Assembly: GCA_020348445.1 (NCBI GenBank)
Contig: CP070751.1
Span: 1,338,571 to 1,349,428, forward strand
DNA from: Thermoplasmata archaeon
GTDB lineage: Archaea > Thermoplasmatota > Thermoplasmata > GCA-020350865
Reading direction: 5' to 3'
Length of the DNA stretch: 10,858 nucleotides
The position numbers were made by a program, and so were the translations under genes. This document shows, piece after piece, positions 6,642 to 10,858 of this stretch (positions within the stretch are counted from its first letter, which is position 1; the number at the start of each line of letters is the position of its first letter). The notes below the pieces were generated by a model. It saw nothing but the letters and a program-made list of their open reading frames with translations, did no database searches and was not told the origin of the DNA.

Positions 6642-9600
6642 ACCACACCCGTAGAGATTTATGGGTACATACACATAGATGATGGGGATTATGTCACCCA
6701 GCTACCGAATCATCCAATAACTATCAGAAATGACCTAAACGGTTTCGTTCAGGATGTTTTTACCGATCAATTCGGGTTTTTCGGTCTGGTAAATATGGTA
6801 CCCTCTAGTTCAATAGGGATCGATACTTACACCATAACTGCAACCTATTATGATCCTAATACACAAAATATGATATTTGGCTCAACCACAATGATAATCT
6901 CACCATTTATGAGGGCTGATCCAACATTTGTGTTATCATCACAAGAATGCGAATGGTATGAGGATACAGCTGCACCTTCTTCGCAATATCCACCTCATTC
7001 TGATGAGACGGTAATAGACATCTACTTTTCCCAGGAATTTGCATTTGAGGGGGATGTAGTAACGATATCCTCGGAGGTTATGAATATAGGAGACACAGAT
7101 CTAACGCAATTTACCACAATGAACTTTTTTGACGGTGATAATCCAATTTTACCAGAAAATATTATTGTTCTCCCATTGGATCAGGGACAAACCAATCTTG
7201 TTGAGATAGTCTGGATTGCTGGTAGTTCGGGAGAGCATTTAATCAGTGCAGAAGTCGGAAGAGAAAAATCATTTGCTGAGGTAAATATGCAAAACAATTT
7301 ACGCTCCGAGAATTTTCTTGTCCTCACATACTGGGGAGATTACGATTTCGATGGACTAAATAATTGGCACGAATACAGCACAATTGGTACTAGTCCAATC
7401 ATTCCTGATTCTGATGTGGACGGACTATGGGATGGATGGCAAGAAGTTATTCCCGACGGGATTTTTGACCCAGATGGTGTTGATAATATCATTGGAACAA
7501 TTGATGACGAACTACCTGGAGAAACTCAATATGGTACTGACCCTCTTGATATTACTAATGGCACTCTGATGGTAACGGATAATAATGGGATTACACATCG
7601 TGTTTGGCAAAAATGGGTAATTGATAGATGGGGTATTTTTTATCTAAATAACAATTTTGGAAGTTTAGATATCAATGATCAAGAGAATCCATCAATTCGA
7701 GCATTATCTATGAATATACCTGATATATCTAGCACTGGTTCATTATATCCCAGAATTTTTATTGATGAGATGACAGGAATGTTATCAGTGATTTGGTATG
7801 AAATTTTCTCTCAAAATGAACTTAATATGTACGGTGCAATCTCAAGGAATAGTGGTGCAGGTTGGTTCAAGTTAACGACCAGATCTGATGCGGATAATTA
7901 TTTTGACTTCGTTTCCGTTGCAAATCCCATGGATGCAATATTTTATATTGGACCAGATTTTTTTATGACAACACATGATGATGGTATGAGTTCTTGGGAA
8001 TTAATTAACCTATTAATATTACTTTTACTTATCGGGCAGGTTATTGATGATCCAGATCCCTTTTACTCTCCCGAAGATATCTATCCTATAACAACAACAG
8101 TTCATTTTTGGGAGGAAAGCGACACCGCATCCCCTATTGCATGGGACTGGGATTTTGGGGATGCATATGGAAAAGCTTACACTCCTACGGCTGATCATAT
8201 TTACCTCTATCCCGGAATAAAAATTGCAAGGCTCACAATGGTCTTTGGACCATTTGATTTAGGAGATGAAACAGGTGGTGGTATAGAAAGTCCATATCCG
8301 GTATTTTTGGTGCGGACGACACTTTTTGAAGTTCCAGTAAATCCTCCTGATGGCGGGGACCCTCACCCACCTCCAACCCCGCCTACCGCAGATTTTACAT
8401 ATTACCCGGTATTAGAAGGGGGCTTATTAATCGAAAAAGAAGGGATTCAATTTGAGGACCAATCTACAGGGGAAGTTGATTACAGGATATGGATTTTCGG
8501 TGATGGCCATGTTAGTAGGCAAGAAGATCCCATTCATATGTACCAATATCCTGGAACATTTAAAGTGACTCTTCTTGTAGGTAATAAGGGAGGATGGGAT
8601 ACAAAATCCGAGGACGTCACAGTTGAAATGGATCTTACCATAAAACATCCTGATACCGACGGTGATGGATTATATGACGAGGAGGAATTCTTCTTGGGAA
8701 CAAATCCAACATTACGAGATTCAGATGGAGATGGATTGTGGGACGGATGGCGCGATACAGGAACAGATGGTTTGCTCAGCGAGGAGGAACCTGGATATGA
8801 TCCAGTTACAAATCCTGATCCTTCAGATGATGATTTTGATCCTGATTCAAATTCCGATGGTAAAGAGAGAAACTCTGTATTTGATACCGGAGAAGTAAAG
8901 GGTGAGAAAGGTGAATCCCACAGCCCATATGCTGGAGGATATGGTACAGATCCCAGATACCCGGATTCAGATAGAGATGGATTAGTGGATGGATGGGAGG
9001 ATGGATTTTTCGATTATGATCTGGGTTTTCTCAATATTCGAGCCCAAGGCGACGGTACCTGGAGTGCTGGTGAGAAAAAGGGTGAAGTTGGTGATGAAGC
9101 CCATGGCGGTGGTGGATATGGTACATACCCCAATGAAGAAGACACAGATGGAGATGGGTTATGGGACGGGTGGAATGATAATGGTCCTGATGGAACACCC
9201 GATTCCGATGATCTTGGTGAAGAAAATGGGGAATTTGATAGCGGAGAGGCATGGGGTGAGATAGGCGATCCCGATAGTGGGCAAGGAGGATACGGCACGG
9301 ACCCCAAACCTGGCGGTGCTGACACGGATAGCGATGGTCTTGATGACGGAGCAGAGGTTACCTATTGGGATGTAACCCATAATACGGACTGGCCCAGTGG
9401 AGAAACAACTACCTGGGATAGTAATTCAGATGGCAGTGGACCGGTAAATCTACTTGATAGTGACAGTGACAACGATGATTTATTGGATGGGGCCGAGGTG
9501 AACACTCATTCGACAGACCCTGCAGATCCTGATACAGATGATGATGATTTATTAGATGGTTGGGAGATTAAATATGATCCCGATGATGATCCAGCCAATA

Positions 9601-10739
9601 ATATTGGATTAAACCCTAACAGTATAGATACTGATGGAGATGGCACAGATGACGATGTTGAAGATTTCGATTCAGATGGCCTTTTGAATTCGGTGGAGCA
9701 AACCGAAAAAACCGATCCGGACGATGATGATACGGACGATGATGGATTGGATGATGGATGGGAAGTAAATGGTGATTTCTGGGAGGGTGTATTTAACCAA
9801 GACAAAAAGGATCTCTGGGATGAACTAGATGGTTATGGACATGCACCTGATCCTACTAAAAAGGACATTTATATAGAGATGGATTGGATGGAAGAGGGGC
9901 CAACACAAACACAGACTATTGGTCCAACAACTTGTGATTTAATTGATATTTTTATTGTAGATGGGGAATATATACCATTGTATGGAATAAGTCATAATCC
10001 TGGCGGAGGAAGTGATTATGATTTTTATATCTTTGATGAAGATTCGAATCAATTGACAGTTGAAGAAAACGATGGGGTTTATATTCTAACTGAAGATTTT
10101 TCAACAACAACAACAGAACCTAGCGATGCACATTATATATATCTAGAATCTAACTCAGGAGCTTTATGGTATATTGAATATTTCAATGATTTTGCACATC
10201 AACCCGATTCGGATGCTTTGCAAGATATTATTGATGCATTCGATGATCAAGATATCATATTGCACATAGATGATGGTGATATGGGTGGGGGAACAGAAGT
10301 AACTCATCAGACCTCTGAAACATTCACATATCCAGATGATTGGGATGATTATTATGATGATCATTTCCTATTGTATTCTGATAGTAGCGATTCTCATAGA
10401 CAGAATGTATTTCATTATGCCTTAATGGCTCATTCAAAAGAACCCGGATCATCTTTGTATGGCGAGGGTGAAGTGGCGGGGGATATGCTTGTCCTGTATT
10501 TTATCAATAGGGTCGATAGAGATTTTCAAGCAAATCGATTTATGCACGAGTTTGGACATAACATACTAGGAACTATTGATACCTCACATCAATCTTCGGA
10601 AAGTGATGACCCTCAAAAAACAATACACTGTAATGATAATACTTGTGCAATGTGGTGGATTGAACAGGATACAGCAAACAAGGATTACTGTGATGATTGT
10701 TGGGCTGAAATTGAAAGAGATGGACCATTGGGAATATAA
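6555..10739 (+). CDS. Secreted multidomain zinc metallopeptidase: signal peptide, beta-sandwich, CARDB, TSP3-like Ca-binding repeats, Asp-box-like region, 2x PKD, C-terminal HExxH zincin domain
   Basis: 1394-aa ORF with SD and ATG. Signal peptide MRAINRKILPIILCVLVLLSTLTLPIAVA|T. About 12 D[STYF]DxDG-type motifs, WDFGD and WIFGDG PKD motifs, HEFGHNILG at 10545-10571, HCNDNTCAM...CDDC. TAA at 10737-10739. No C-terminal TM anchor. Confidence 0.93.
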   Translation: MRAINRKILPIILCVLVLLSTLTLPIAVATTPVEIYGYIHIDDGDYVTQLPNHPITIRNDLNGFVQDVFTDQFGFFGLVNMVPSSSIGIDTYTITATYYDPNTQNMIFGSTTMIISPFMRADPTFVLSSQECEWYEDTAAPSSQYPPHSDETVIDIYFSQEFAFEGDVVTISSEVMNIGDTDLTQFTTMNFFDGDNPILPENIIVLPLDQGQTNLVEIVWIAGSSGEHLISAEVGREKSFAEVNMQNNLRSENFLVLTYWGDYDFDGLNNWHEYSTIGTSPIIPDSDVDGLWDGWQEVIPDGIFDPDGVDNIIGTIDDELPGETQYGTDPLDITNGTLMVTDNNGITHRVWQKWVIDRWGIFYLNNNFGSLDINDQENPSIRALSMNIPDISSTGSLYPRIFIDEMTGMLSVIWYEIFSQNELNMYGAISRNSGAGWFKLTTRSDADNYFDFVSVANPMDAIFYIGPDFFMTTHDDGMSSWELINLLILLLLIGQVIDDPDPFYSPEDIYPITTTVHFWEESDTASPIAWDWDFGDAYGKAYTPTADHIYLYPGIKIARLTMVFGPFDLGDETGGGIESPYPVFLVRTTLFEVPVNPPDGGDPHPPPTPPTADFTYYPVLEGGLLIEKEGIQFEDQSTGEVDYRIWIFGDGHVSRQEDPIHMYQYPGTFKVTLLVGNKGGWDTKSEDVTVEMDLTIKHPDTDGDGLYDEEEFFLGTNPTLRDSDGDGLWDGWRDTGTDGLLSEEEPGYDPVTNPDPSDDDFDPDSNSDGKERNSVFDTGEVKGEKGESHSPYAGGYGTDPRYPDSDRDGLVDGWEDGFFDYDLGFLNIRAQGDGTWSAGEKKGEVGDEAHGGGGYGTYPNEEDTDGDGLWDGWNDNGPDGTPDSDDLGEENGEFDSGEAWGEIGDPDSGQGGYGTDPKPGGADTDSDGLDDGAEVTYWDVTHNTDWPSGETTTWDSNSDGSGPVNLLDSDSDNDDLLDGAEVNTHSTDPADPDTDDDDLLDGWEIKYDPDDDPANNIGLNPNSIDTDGDGTDDDVEDFDSDGLLNSVEQTEKTDPDDDDTDDDGLDDGWEVNGDFWEGVFNQDKKDLWDELDGYGHAPDPTKKDIYIEMDWMEEGPTQTQTIGPTTCDLIDIFIVDGEYIPLYGISHNPGGGSDYDFYIFDEDSNQLTVEENDGVYILTEDFSTTTTEPSDAHYIYLESNSGALWYIEYFNDFAHQPDSDALQDIIDAFDDQDIILHIDDGDMGGGTEVTHQTSETFTYPDDWDDYYDDHFLLYSDSSDSHRQNVFHYALMAHSKEPGSSLYGEGEVAGDMLVLYFINRVDRDFQANRFMHEFGHNILGTIDTSHQSSESDDPQKTIHCNDNTCAMWWIEQDTANKDYCDDCWAEIERDGPLGI
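6993..7325 (+). other. CARDB domain
   Basis: PHSDETVIDIYFS...EGDVVTISSEVMNIG...NFFDG...LD.GQT..VEIVW....GEHLISAEV.....E.N..NN. Confidence 0.75.
7338..7550 (+). repeat. First cluster of TSP3-like acidic Ca-binding motifs
   Basis: DYDFDGLNNWHE...GTSP and DSDVDGLWDGW...YGTDP. Confidence 0.8.
8058..8624 (+). repeat. Two PKD domains joined by a Pro-rich linker
   Basis: PKD1 (~8058-8339): AWDWDFGDA...HIYLYPG...ARLT. Linker NPPDGGDPHPPPTPP. PKD2 (~8379-8624): PTADF...QFEDQSTG...WIFGDG...HMYQYPGTFKVTLLV.N.GG. Confidence 0.85.
8652..9767 (+). repeat. Second cluster of about 10 TSP3-like D[ST]DxDGLxDGxE Ca-binding repeats
   Basis: DTDGDGLYDEEE, DSDGDGLWDGW, DSDRDGLVDGWE, DTDGDGLWDGW, DTDSDGLDDGAE, DSDNDDLLDGAE, DTDDDDLLDGWE, DTDGDGTDDD, DFDSDGLLNSVE, DTDDDGLDDGWE; most are preceded by a T[DN]P/LNP motif. 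Confidence 0.9.
9849..10736 (+). other. Zinc metallopeptidase (zincin) domain with archaemetzincin-like Cys4 motif
   Basis: DPTKKDIYIEMDWM...HQP...ALQDIIDAF...ILHIDDG.MGGG...RQNVFHYALMAH...GEVAGD...FMHEFGHNILG...HC-x4-C-x-M-x12-C-x2-C. Confidence 0.8.
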
Positions 10740-10774
10740 AAATATTAAATACATACTGATATAAAATAGGATAT

Positions 10775-10802
10775 CATCTCTCACATAGGATTCCACCTTT
10801 TT
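10775..10802 (+). terminator. Pyrimidine-rich tract ending in TTTTT after gene 2, possible terminator
   Basis: CATCTCTCACATAGGATTCCACCTTTTT lies 36-63 nt after the stop. Archaeal termination is commonly associated with U-rich tracts. Confidence 0.3.
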
Positions 10803-10858
10803 AATCCCGAAAATAAAATTCAAAATTAATTATCTCTTTACTTCTTAACAGGCTCATT

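Noticed and set aside
8889-9272. GExxGExG motifs as collagen-like Gly-X-Y repeats
   Set aside because: Only 2-3 triplets occur each time and the register is broken by a 4-residue step, far too short for a triple helix.
7384-10823. Short ORF-track entries overlapping gene 2
   Set aside because: They are alternate-frame or antisense shadows of the Asp/Gly-rich coding sequence, with no independent support.
6005-10857. 9-nt inverted repeat ATGAGCCTG (6005-6013) / CAGGCTCAT (10849-10857) flanking gene 2, as mobile-element ends
   Set aside because: It does not extend in either direction, a 9-nt match is roughly at chance level for these regions, no transposase is present, and a target-site duplication cannot be checked at the window edge.

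Overview
The window holds two large, co-oriented (+ strand) genes for exported modular proteins, separated by a 559-nt intergenic region, plus 119 nt of 3' flank. Gene 1 is 5'-truncated: the frame is open from nt 2 and the first residues look like the tail of a signal peptide. It encodes a cell-surface protein with a long right-handed parallel beta-helix (NosD/PbH1-like) interrupted by an inserted beta-sandwich, nine Big_5/SbsA-type Ig repeats, one Big_2-type Ig domain, a single C-terminal TM helix and an acidic cytoplasmic tail. Gene 2 (1394 aa) has a signal peptide, an N-terminal beta-sandwich, CARDB, acidic DxDxDG (TSP3-like) Ca-binding repeats, Asp-box-like blades, two PKD domains and a C-terminal HExxH zinc-metallopeptidase domain ending in an archaemetzincin-like HC-x4-C-x-M...CxxC motif. 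The BRE/TATA-like promoter and these architectures suggest an archaeon, plausibly Thermoplasmata (inference only). I see no RNA genes, CRISPR array, transposase, integrase or reverse transcriptase. The most interesting signals are two mutually exclusive hairpins plus a short uORF over the gene 2 ribosome-binding site, the archaemetzincin-like module in a secreted giant protein, domain-within-domain insertions in both genes, and a synonymous-codon shift inside gene 1. All domain calls come from motif recognition by eye, not from database searches.
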